Below, piece after piece: positions 7,165-15,691 of a stretch of DNA of 29,379 nucleotides (within the stretch, counting starts at the first letter, position 1; each line of letters begins with the position of its first letter). This DNA is from a virus. Taxonomy: Duplodnaviria; Caudoviricetes. Under the pieces are notes generated by a model. That model was not told the origin of the DNA, made no database searches, and saw only the letters and a program-made list of their open reading frames with translations. Made by a program: the position numbers and the translations under genes. The stretch covers positions 1 through 29,379 of IMG/VR virus record IMGVR_UViG_3300047510_000066, one strand, 5' to 3'.

Positions 7165-9234
7165 ATGAAAATGGACGAAATTCAACTCAAAGGAATGTTA
7201 GATAACGAGATCGACAACGCTCTCGGCTATCTGGACACCGAAACCACAGAGCAACGTCGTCAGGCTATCAAGTCCTACAACCGCGATCCTTACGGAAACG
7301 AGGTAGAGGGACGCTCTCAGATCGTGACAGGCGAGGTGGCAGAGGCAATTGACGGGGCTATCCCTCAGTTGCTCCGCATCTTCACGCAGTCCGACGAGGT
7401 GGTGATGTTTGAGCCGAAAGGCCCAGGCGACGAGGAAAAGGCTAAACAGGCGACCGAGTACTGCAACTGGGTGTTCATGAACGAGAACCCAGGTGTCACC
7501 ATCCTGCACGACTGGATCAAGGACGCGCTGATCTACAAGAACGGCATCATCAAGGTCTGGTGGGAAGATATGACCGAGGTGAACACCGAGTCCTACGAGA
7601 ACCTGAGCCAAGACGAACTGACCATGCTTCTGTCTGACGGACAGTACGAGATCGTCAGCCAAGAAGAAATCCAGATTGGAGAGGTTCCTGCGCCCGTACC
7701 GCCGATGATGCAGGGCGTGGCAGGGTTGGATATGCAGATGGGCATGGAACCCGCTATGGTTCCCGTATACGCCTACAACGTCAAGATCAAGAAGATCGAC
7801 AAGAAGGGTCGCGTGGTCATTGAGAACCTAGCGCCCGAAGAATTTATCGTCAGCAAGAAGACACGTCTGCTTTCTGATAGCCCGTTCTGCGCTCACCGCC
7901 GTCTGGCTACCCGTTCAGAACTGGTGGCTATGGGCTTCCCCAAGAAGGTCGTAGACGACCTGCCGACGTACAACGACTTGGAGTACACGACAGAGCGCGT
8001 GGCTCGCTTCTCTAACGGAGAGCAGCCGGACGATCCTAGCCTTGACCCGACCATGCAAGAGATCGAGGTCTACGAGGCTTACATGAAGGTGGACTACGAC
8101 GGTGATGGAATCGCTGAACTGCGCCGTATCGTCTATGCTGGCCACGAGATCCTGGAGAACGAGGAGACAGACTACGTTCCGTTCTGCTCGCTCTGCCCTA
8201 TCCCGATGCCGCACAAGTTCTACGGCCACAGCCTTGCAGATCGTGTAACCGACCTCCAGTTAATCAAGACTACGATTACCCGTCAGATTCTGGATAACTT
8301 GTACCTGTCTAACAACGCTCGGATGATGGTTGTGGATGGTCAGGTAAACCTAGACGATATGCTGACCGTAACTCCTGGTGGCGTGGTGCGGGTCAAGAAC
8401 CCCAATGCCGTGACACCGATTACGGTTCCTCTGGTTGCCGGTCAAGCCTTCCCGATGCTGGACTACATGGATCAGATTCAGCAGAAGCGCACAGGCGTTA
8501 CCCAGGCTTCTCAGGGCTTAGACCCCAACATTCTGCAAAACACTACCGCGACAGCCGTGGCGATGATGCAAAACGCCGGAGCCGCAAGGATTGAACTGAT
8601 TGCTCGTATCTTTGCCGAGACAGGCATCAAAGACCTGTTCCGCAACATCCTGCACCTAGTCTGCAAGTATCAGGACAAAGAGCGCATCATCCGTCTGCGT
8701 GGCAAGTTCGTTGCTATCGACCCACGAGAGTGGTCTAACGAGTACGACCTGTCCATCAACGTCGGTCTTGGAACCGGCTCCAAAGAGCAGCAGATGGCTA
8801 TGATCGCAATGATTCTGGACAAACAAGAACGGATCATCCAGCAGTACGGCCCTGCCAATCCTCTGGTGTCCGTAGGTCAGTATCGGTCAACACTCGGCAA
8901 GATGATCGAAGCCGCAGGGTTCAAGGATTCGTCCGAGTTCTTCCGCGAGATCACTCCTGAGATTGACCAAGCCCTGTCAAACCCGCCGCCACAGCAACAG
9001 CAACAGGTTGACCCAATGGTCGAGGCAGTAATGGCTCAGACACAGGCTCAGATCCAAGCAATGATGGCTAAGGCCGAGGCAGATATTCAGGTCAAGCGCG
9101 AGAAGGCGATGGCAGATATTGCACTTGCACAAGAGAAGGCCGCAGCCGAGATCGAACTCAAGCGCCAAGAACTAGCAGCACAGACAAGCATTGATGCAAC
9201 AGCCGCAGGTATTCGTGCGGTAAGGGGAATGTAA
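7165..9234 (+). CDS. portal protein (podovirus type)
   Basis: 689 aa directly after terL. Contains PIPMPHKFYGHS and LDNLYLSNN and a Gln/Ala-rich C-terminal coiled coil. Confidence 0.9.
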   Translation: MKMDEIQLKGMLDNEIDNALGYLDTETTEQRRQAIKSYNRDPYGNEVEGRSQIVTGEVAEAIDGAIPQLLRIFTQSDEVVMFEPKGPGDEEKAKQATEYCNWVFMNENPGVTILHDWIKDALIYKNGIIKVWWEDMTEVNTESYENLSQDELTMLLSDGQYEIVSQEEIQIGEVPAPVPPMMQGVAGLDMQMGMEPAMVPVYAYNVKIKKIDKKGRVVIENLAPEEFIVSKKTRLLSDSPFCAHRRLATRSELVAMGFPKKVVDDLPTYNDLEYTTERVARFSNGEQPDDPSLDPTMQEIEVYEAYMKVDYDGDGIAELRRIVYAGHEILENEETDYVPFCSLCPIPMPHKFYGHSLADRVTDLQLIKTTITRQILDNLYLSNNARMMVVDGQVNLDDMLTVTPGGVVRVKNPNAVTPITVPLVAGQAFPMLDYMDQIQQKRTGVTQASQGLDPNILQNTTATAVAMMQNAGAARIELIARIFAETGIKDLFRNILHLVCKYQDKERIIRLRGKFVAIDPREWSNEYDLSINVGLGTGSKEQQMAMIAMILDKQERIIQQYGPANPLVSVGQYRSTLGKMIEAAGFKDSSEFFREITPEIDQALSNPPPQQQQQVDPMVEAVMAQTQAQIQAMMAKAEADIQVKREKAMADIALAQEKAAAEIELKRQELAAQTSIDATAAGIRAVRGM

Positions 9235-10526
9235 TGGATTACAACTCGTTTCTGATGGGCGCTTACCGAGACCAACTCGGACGGGAACCTGACCAGGGTG
9301 GATTGCAGTTCTACATCGACCAATTAACCAAAGGCGCGAAAACTCAAGAGCAGATCATTGCCGAACTCAACCAGTCGTTAGAAGGTCAGAATTACGACAC
9401 TCAAGTCCTCACATCCGGCTACCGTAGCCTGTTTGGGCGCAATCCTGAGCAAGAGGGTTACCAGTACTGGATGAGCCGCGTACAGACCGATCCTGCTATC
9501 TCTGCGGCAGTTGTGAACGACTATCTCCGTGGTGGCGCTGCCGGTACGGACATTGTTGCGGCGCAAAGCCCGCAGACGTTTGATGCCATGATGGTTTCTG
9601 CACTAGAAGCAGACCCGTTCGGTGGCCGTCGCGCTACGCAGGACATCTACAACGTCCCGTCAGACGCGGCCAATATCTCCATGATGGGTCAACAACAGGT
9701 GGCTTTTGTAAACCCTGTCACGCAGGCTCCGATCATCTCCACTTTTGACCCCGTTACCGGAACCTACACGTTCACCGAAGGTAACCGGACGCTATCGCCT
9801 GGTCGCGTAGCCGAGGCTATCTCTATCGCCCGTGGCTCTGGTGCGCTAAGTGGAGTCGAGGCAGACGGTCTGATGAACCAGTTACAGTTTGCTACGCCTG
9901 AGAACATTTATGACACCCTTGCCGCACCCCAGGCTGGTGTTGTTATCGACCCCAGATTCGGTATGCAACTAGGGGAAGACGCAAACATGGCTACAGCGCG
10001 AGCAGAAGCCGCAGAACGGGCTACGGTCTTGGCCGCTATGGATCAGTCCTACGCTCCTGCCTACGATCAGTTTGGCAACCAACTGGTAGCCGCCGGTCAA
10101 CAGAACCCGTTTGCTCCCGGCAATTACGCCGCCCCGACGATGGTTCGTCAGGGTGACATCACGACACCGCAGAACTTTGGTCAGCAGTTAGGCCAGACGA
10201 TTAACCAGTCCTTTGCTGGCTCTAACTTCTTGGGTGCGCCGGTAACGCCAGGGTTCTACTCTGAGCGCGGGTTCGAGCCGACCTATGTCCCGTTTGCCGC
10301 AGGTCAGCCCCAGTTCCGATCAGGTGTTGCAGGGTACGCGCAGAATATCCCGCAGGGCTTCCAGTTCGGTATGCCAGGGGTTGTGTCGTCATTTAACCAA
10401 TTTATGCCTGGCCCGTTTGACCGTGGGATTATTGACTCGGAAGGCAATTGGAAGCCAACGCCAAGTCCGGCGCAAGCGGCTTATGACGAGACGCAGAACA
10501 TTGATTCTTCAGAATACGACGGATGA
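9234..10526 (+). CDS. protein with two N-terminal DUF4214-like repeats
   Basis: YRDQLGREPDQGGLQFYIDQL and YRSLFGRNPEQEGYQYWMSRV match the Y..hLGR.PD..G..YW signature. Confidence 0.7.
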   Translation: MDYNSFLMGAYRDQLGREPDQGGLQFYIDQLTKGAKTQEQIIAELNQSLEGQNYDTQVLTSGYRSLFGRNPEQEGYQYWMSRVQTDPAISAAVVNDYLRGGAAGTDIVAAQSPQTFDAMMVSALEADPFGGRRATQDIYNVPSDAANISMMGQQQVAFVNPVTQAPIISTFDPVTGTYTFTEGNRTLSPGRVAEAISIARGSGALSGVEADGLMNQLQFATPENIYDTLAAPQAGVVIDPRFGMQLGEDANMATARAEAAERATVLAAMDQSYAPAYDQFGNQLVAAGQQNPFAPGNYAAPTMVRQGDITTPQNFGQQLGQTINQSFAGSNFLGAPVTPGFYSERGFEPTYVPFAAGQPQFRSGVAGYAQNIPQGFQFGMPGVVSSFNQFMPGPFDRGIIDSEGNWKPTPSPAQAAYDETQNIDSSEYDG

Positions 10527-10759
10527 TCGAAAACCCACACCTACGGGCAGCAACCCTGCTCAACGATGACTTTTTCAAGGATGTTGTAAAAAAGCAACGA
10601 GAGTTGTATATTAACAACGTTCTAAACTCGGACGAAGATGCGGTGGATGTACGGGAGAGATCCCTGCAAAAACTGCGTGGATTAGACGAGTTTATCGCTT
10701 CGCTTCAATCCATGTCCGCATCAGCGGAAATCAAGGAAAAGCGTTGGAAGATTTTTTAA
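10523..10759 (+). CDS. small conserved pre-scaffold protein
   Basis: 78 aa, ATGA-coupled, in the typical position before the scaffold gene. Confidence 0.7.
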   Translation: MIENPHLRAATLLNDDFFKDVVKKQRELYINNVLNSDEDAVDVRERSLQKLRGLDEFIASLQSMSASAEIKEKRWKIF

Positions 10760-10776
10760 CAACCTAAGAGGTCACA

Positions 10777-11733
10777 ATGGACGACACCAATCCGCAAGGA
10801 AGTGTTAAAACAGTAAGAGATGCCGCTGGTGCATTTCTCGGAATGATGGAGCCAACGGAGCCGCAAGGCCAACCGGAAGCACCGCAGGAGGAAATCCAAG
10901 AGCAGGAGTACGAGGCTTCTGGAGAGTACGAAACCGAGGAAGCAGAGCAAGGCGAGGAATCCTACGAGGAACCTCAACAAACCCCCAAGTACCGCGTGAA
11001 AGTTGATAACGAGGAACTGGAGGTTGACGTTGACGAACTCATTAAAGGCTATTCCCGCACATCGGATTACACAAAAAAGACTCAAGCCCTCGCAGAACAA
11101 CGCAAGGCAATTGAGGCTGAAAAGTCTAAGGTTGAAGAAGCCGCAAGACTCCGTGACCAATACGCCCAACGACTCCAAGTGATCGAGCAGATGCTCACAC
11201 AGAGTCCGCAGGAAGATCTAGCCGCACTTAAAGAGACTGACCCCATTGGCTACGCCGTGAAAATGGCAGAGCAAGTGGAGCGCGAGAAGCAACTCTCTGC
11301 GGTTCGTCAAGAACGGATGCAACTGGCACAACGCCAACAGGCCGAACAACAGCAACGCTTACAAAGCCACCTGTCACAGGAAGCGGAACGCTTACGCGCC
11401 GCCATCCCTGATATGGCAGACGAGGTTAAAGGCGAGGTAGTTCGGAAGGAAATCAAAGACTTCGCGAGGTCGATTGGTTTCTCTGAGCAGGAGTTGTCGC
11501 AGGTCTATGACCATCGTGCAGTTCTGACTCTTTACAAGGCTATGCAGTACGACAAATTGCAGAAGTCCAAGCCAGCAACCGCCAAGCGTGTTGCCGAGGC
11601 TCCTAAGACTCTGCGCCCTGGAACGACTCAACAGAGCAATCCAGACCAAGATGCCGTCAAGAAACTTAAAGGTCAACTCAAAAAGACCGGCAAGCAACGA
11701 GACGCAGCCAAACTATTTGAACGCTTTTTATAA
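10777..11733 (+). CDS. capsid scaffolding protein
   Basis: Acidic N-terminus, YRVKVDNEELEV..ELIKGYSR..DYTKKTQ motif, coiled coil, and position just before the major capsid gene. Confidence 0.85.
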   Translation: MDDTNPQGSVKTVRDAAGAFLGMMEPTEPQGQPEAPQEEIQEQEYEASGEYETEEAEQGEESYEEPQQTPKYRVKVDNEELEVDVDELIKGYSRTSDYTKKTQALAEQRKAIEAEKSKVEEAARLRDQYAQRLQVIEQMLTQSPQEDLAALKETDPIGYAVKMAEQVEREKQLSAVRQERMQLAQRQQAEQQQRLQSHLSQEAERLRAAIPDMADEVKGEVVRKEIKDFARSIGFSEQELSQVYDHRAVLTLYKAMQYDKLQKSKPATAKRVAEAPKTLRPGTTQQSNPDQDAVKKLKGQLKKTGKQRDAAKLFERFL

Positions 11734-11742
11734 GGAATTATC

Positions 11743-12693
11743 ATGCCTACGTTTACAAGATTTGATGCAGTTGGAGCACGGGAAGATTTGGCGGATGTCA
11801 TATACAATATCTCCCCACAAGATACGCCCATTATGAGTTCCATCGGTAAGGGCAAAGCAACTGCCGTTTACCATGAGTGGCAGACGGACTCCCTGGCTTC
11901 TGCTAACACCTCCAACGCTGCTGTTGAAGGCGCAGACGCTTCTGCTGCAACCCTGACCCCGACGACCCGTATCGGTAACTACACCCAGATCGTTCAGAAG
12001 ACCGTTCAGGTTTCTGGCACTCTGGAGGCTGTTGACAAGGCTGGCCGTAAGTCTGAGAAGGCTTACCAGTTGGCTAAGGCTTCTGCCGAACTGAAGCGCG
12101 ACATCGAGGCAATCATCACCGCTAACCAGGGTCAGTCTGCCGGTAGTTCTGGCTCTGCTCGCCTGCTCGGTTCGCTCCTGTCGTACATCAAGACCAACAC
12201 CAACAAGAACGCTGCAAGCACGTTCTCTACTGACCCCACAACGATCGGTGTTTCGACTCGTGGCGACGGTGCTACCCGCACTTTCCAAGAGTCCATGCTC
12301 AAGGATGTGGTTCAGAAGGTGTTTTCGTCAGGCGGTACGCCCACTCTGTTGGTCGTTCCTCCCGCACTCAAGCAGGTTGTCTCTGGCTTCCAAGGTCTGT
12401 CGCAGCATCGCTATAACAGCAATGCAACTGGCGACATCACCATTCTGGCTGGCGCTGACCTGTATCAGTCGGACTTCGGTGTTCTCCAGATCGTTCCGGA
12501 TCGCTTTATGCGTAGCCGTGACGCGCTGGTTCTCGATCCTGAGTACGCATCGCTCAACTATCTCCGTCCGTTCATGACCAATGATCTGGCTAAGACTGGT
12601 GACAGCGAGAAGACTCAGATCCTCGCCGAACTGACGCTGGAAGTGAAGAACGAAGCCGCTCACGGTATCGTTGCAGACCTTTCCGCTACCTAA
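11743..12693 (+). CDS. major capsid protein (DUF5309/SU10-like, HK97 fold)
   Basis: REDLADVIYNISPQDTP, HEWQTDSL, NYTQI, YQSDFG and LAKTGDSEK..I.AE.TLEVKNE.AHG. Strongly biased codon usage. Confidence 0.9.
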   Translation: MPTFTRFDAVGAREDLADVIYNISPQDTPIMSSIGKGKATAVYHEWQTDSLASANTSNAAVEGADASAATLTPTTRIGNYTQIVQKTVQVSGTLEAVDKAGRKSEKAYQLAKASAELKRDIEAIITANQGQSAGSSGSARLLGSLLSYIKTNTNKNAASTFSTDPTTIGVSTRGDGATRTFQESMLKDVVQKVFSSGGTPTLLVVPPALKQVVSGFQGLSQHRYNSNATGDITILAGADLYQSDFGVLQIVPDRFMRSRDALVLDPEYASLNYLRPFMTNDLAKTGDSEKTQILAELTLEVKNEAAHGIVADLSAT

Positions 12694-12705
12694 AAAGTAG
12701 AGTAG

Positions 12706-12738
12706 AATGTGGGGCGGAGCAATCCGTCTCACATTTTT
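12706..12738 (+). terminator. intrinsic terminator after the capsid gene
   Basis: AATGTGGGGCGGA-GCAA-TCCGTCTCACATT followed by a T run; GNRA loop. Confidence 0.7.
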
Positions 12739-12747
12739 GGGGCTAAT

Positions 12748-13065
12748 GTGAAAAAACTAGGTACAGACGTACACAAGGGTACGGTTAAGTCGTACTACGC
12801 AGACGGCGAGGGTGGGCTGGTAATCAAGTCCGAGACAGACATAACGCCGTTCATAGAGAAGAACAAAGCAGAATACGCACAGATCGACAACAAGGCGAAG
12901 TGGGGCGAACTTACAAAGATCGCTTCTATACCGTTTGCTGTGATCCAGATGCTGAACGAGAAAAAGATTCTGCGAGGATTCCACATCGTTGACCAGAAGG
13001 CTCTAAAGGCTTGGTTGAACGATCCGGAGAATCAGTATTTCAGGACGCGCCCAGGGCGGGTGTAG
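12748..13065 (+). CDS. conserved post-capsid hypothetical protein
   Basis: KIASIP...WLNDPEN.YFRT..GRV. GTG 12748 is preferred because the ATG at 12707 and the GTG at 12709 both lie in the terminator stem. Confidence 0.75.
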   Translation: MKKLGTDVHKGTVKSYYADGEGGLVIKSETDITPFIEKNKAEYAQIDNKAKWGELTKIASIPFAVIQMLNEKKILRGFHIVDQKALKAWLNDPENQYFRTRPGRV

Positions 13066-13073
13066 GAGGTAGC

Positions 13074-13802
13074 ATGGCTAAAAAGAGGGTGGCCATCTGT
13101 ATCCCTAGCAGGGGTGAGATGGAGATTGGCACAGCGTTTGACCTGGCCAATATGGTTGGGTTTGACAGTCGTTACCGCAAAGGAGACACGGTTCTCTACA
13201 CGGTCAACGGCACATTGATATTCGATCAGCGCGAGAAACTCGTAAAAGAGGCGCTGAATGACGGTGCGGATTACATTCTCTGGATAGACGCAGATATGCG
13301 TTTCCCAAAGGATACGATCCAAAGGTTGATCGCACACAACAAAGACATCGTAGGCGTAAACGCCACTACTCGCTCGATCCCTGTAAAGGCTACGGCAAAG
13401 AACCTGCTGGTTGACCAAGAGAACCGCGTCAACACATGGAATCAGGTATCGTCTAAGAACAAGACAGGACTAGAAAAGGTCACGGCCATCGGTTGTGGCG
13501 TGATGATGGTCAAGGCTGAGGTCTATAAAAAGACTCCGCAGCCGTGGTTTTGGTTCGAGATGCTTCCTGGCGACAAGTTACTAGGCGAGGACGTTTACTT
13601 CTGCGTTAAGGCGTATGACGCTGGTTTTGACACTTGGGTAGACCACGGGTTGTCCAACGAGATCGGGCATATCGGGTCTTACACCTTTGGATGGCACGAC
13701 ATTTCATTGGAAAACGAACATGGCTCTGACCAATTACTCGGATCTAAAGACCACGGTAGCCAACTACCTGGGTCGAACGGATCTAACAAGCCAGATACCT
13801 GA
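13074..13802 (+). CDS. GT-A fold (family 2-like) glycosyltransferase
   Basis: VAICIPS, ILWIDAD (DxD), AIGCGVMMVK, GEDVYFC and GHIG. ATG 13074 follows AGGAGG. Confidence 0.8.
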   Translation: MAKKRVAICIPSRGEMEIGTAFDLANMVGFDSRYRKGDTVLYTVNGTLIFDQREKLVKEALNDGADYILWIDADMRFPKDTIQRLIAHNKDIVGVNATTRSIPVKATAKNLLVDQENRVNTWNQVSSKNKTGLEKVTAIGCGVMMVKAEVYKKTPQPWFWFEMLPGDKLLGEDVYFCVKAYDAGFDTWVDHGLSNEIGHIGSYTFGWHDISLENEHGSDQLLGSKDHGSQLPGSNGSNKPDT

Positions 13803-14340
13803 CTTTATCTCTCTGGCCGAACTTCGCCTGTCGCGAGACATCCGTACCCGTAAACTCCTGAAGTCAGTAACAACGACTATGACGGGTGGCGATCCTACTG
13901 TGGCCCTGCCTTCTGATTTCCTAGAATTACGAGACATCTACCTAGACGGAACCCCACGGATCTCCGTGTCGTATCTGTCGCCAAGTTCATTTACCCGTGA
14001 TGCTCGCGCTACCGACGGTGGCCGTCCGGTGTTTTACACGGTGCTAGGGCAAGAGTTTGAGTTTGCTCCGATTCCTGACAGCAACTACACGGTAGAACTG
14101 CTGTACTACTTCAAGCCCACAGCAATGTCGGATTCTGTCGCAAGTAACGAGTTCCTGGCGAACTATCCAGACGCACTCCTGTACGCCAGTCTTGGTGAGG
14201 CCGAGCCTTATCTGATGAACGATGCCCGTATCGGTACATGGGCAGCGATGTATGACCGCGCAATCGCCCGTATCAACACGTCTGACGAGAACTCAGAATA
14301 TGCTGGCGCTCCCCTTTCAATGTCCGTCACAACGAGGTAA
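13720..14340 (+). CDS. head-tail adaptor protein
   Basis: MALTNYSDLKTTVANYLGRTDLTSQIPDFISLAE, G.P.FYT, PIPDSNY.VEL.Y and PDALLYASL.EA. Confidence 0.75.
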   Translation: MALTNYSDLKTTVANYLGRTDLTSQIPDFISLAELRLSRDIRTRKLLKSVTTTMTGGDPTVALPSDFLELRDIYLDGTPRISVSYLSPSSFTRDARATDGGRPVFYTVLGQEFEFAPIPDSNYTVELLYYFKPTAMSDSVASNEFLANYPDALLYASLGEAEPYLMNDARIGTWAAMYDRAIARINTSDENSEYAGAPLSMSVTTR

Positions 14341-14342
14341 TC

Positions 14343-14729
14343 ATGTCTGAAATGTCGAACTACTTGGAGAATGGCCTACTTAACGCCGTTCTCCGCAATA
14401 CTTCTTACACATCACCGTCAACCGTTTTCGTGGCTCTGTACACGTCAGATCCAGGCGAAGGCGGCACAGGAACCGAGATCTCTGGTGGCTCTTATGCCCG
14501 TAAAGACGTGACTTTTGGTGCGCCTAGCAACGGTGTCTGCACGAACTCGTCTGCGGTTGAGTTTGCCCAGGCTACTGGCACATGGGGAACCGTGTCGCAT
14601 ATTGGTCTGCACGATGCAATTACGACAGGCAATCTCCTGTTTTACACGGAACTCACGACTTCCAAGACCATTGAGTCTGGCGACATCTTCAAGATCGCTG
14701 CTGGTTCATTGAGCGTTACCCTTGCCTAA
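14343..14729 (+). CDS. virion structural protein (tail/fibre-associated)
   Basis: SNYLEN..LN, VALYTSDP, EISGGSYAR, F..ATGTWGTV and GNLL are typical of this phage structural family. Confidence 0.75.
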   Translation: MSEMSNYLENGLLNAVLRNTSYTSPSTVFVALYTSDPGEGGTGTEISGGSYARKDVTFGAPSNGVCTNSSAVEFAQATGTWGTVSHIGLHDAITTGNLLFYTELTTSKTIESGDIFKIAAGSLSVTLA

Positions 14730-15691
14730 TGCCGCTTACCTTAGAGCAGTTAGACCAGTTCGGCACTCTGGAGTCGATGCCGCAGTATTCGCTCGACCAC
14801 GACTGGTACGCTGACAAGGTTTGCGGTAATTGGACGTTAGACGAACTTAACAATTTTGGTAACTTAGACACCATCCAGATCTCGCTAGATAGCGCGGTCT
14901 GGGGAACGGCGTGTATCTACCTAGACGCACCGGCGGCGGTAACGGCTAGTGCTAGTGTGGCGGCAAGTGCTGTACGGGAAAGAACCGGAGAGGGACTGAT
15001 CGTCTCCTCTGCTACCGTATCTGCTGACGGCTTTGCGATTCTAGGCGGTTCTGCGGCGATTACAGCCGATGCTACGGTTTCGGCTAGTGGCACTAGGGTT
15101 CAGCAAGGTCAGGCCGTTATAGAGGCTTCTGGTACGGTTACGGCGAGTGCTATCACGGTCAAGTCCGGCGAGGCACTAATATCGTCTGCCGGCACTATGT
15201 CTGCCAGCGCCTTCCGTATTACCGAGGGTGCGGCAAGTATTACTTCTGCGGCAACTGTTGTTTCTACGCCACAGAGGGTACGGACGTTTGAGGGATTGAT
15301 CTCTGCCAGCGGGTCGATGGAAGGTAATGCAATCCGCTTACGCACCGGAACAGGCGACATCACGGCAAGTGCTACGGTGTCCTGTACGGCTGGATTTGAG
15401 GCGCAGGGTGAGGCAAACATTACCGCTACCGCTACGGTGGTGGCTAACGCCAACGCGGTATTTGTTGCAAACGCACAAGTTACGGCAAGCGCAACGGTTT
15501 ATGCCGATGGTCGGATTCTTGGTGACGAGTGGAACCCTGTAACGCCAGGGGCAAATACTTGGAACCCGATAGCGGTGGGAAGTGAGACATGGACGACGGT
15601 CGCAACAGACCCAAATACCTGGACGAACGTGCCGGTGTCGTCTAACACTTGGACAACTAAATCTGCTGGAAACAACACATGGCTCGCATAG
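14729..15691 (+). CDS. repetitive Ala/Ser/Thr-rich structural protein
   Basis: Two N-terminal TL..L..FG.L repeats, central G.A.I.ASATV.A repeats and C-terminal 10-aa Trp repeats. Confidence 0.75.
   Translation: MPLTLEQLDQFGTLESMPQYSLDHDWYADKVCGNWTLDELNNFGNLDTIQISLDSAVWGTACIYLDAPAAVTASASVAASAVRERTGEGLIVSSATVSADGFAILGGSAAITADATVSASGTRVQQGQAVIEASGTVTASAITVKSGEALISSAGTMSASAFRITEGAASITSAATVVSTPQRVRTFEGLISASGSMEGNAIRLRTGTGDITASATVSCTAGFEAQGEANITATATVVANANAVFVANAQVTASATVYADGRILGDEWNPVTPGANTWNPIAVGSETWTTVATDPNTWTNVPVSSNTWTTKSAGNNTWLA

Noticed and set aside
10750-11733. T-runs at gene ends (ATTTTTTAA, CTTTTTATAA) as programmed frameshift sites
   Set aside because: The codon phase does not give a proper X XXY YYZ heptamer, and the downstream genes have their own starts.
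7198-12732. Long minus-strand ORFs opposite portal, scaffold and capsid genes
   Set aside because: They are antisense shadows of strongly biased coding genes, with no SD and no recognisable motifs.
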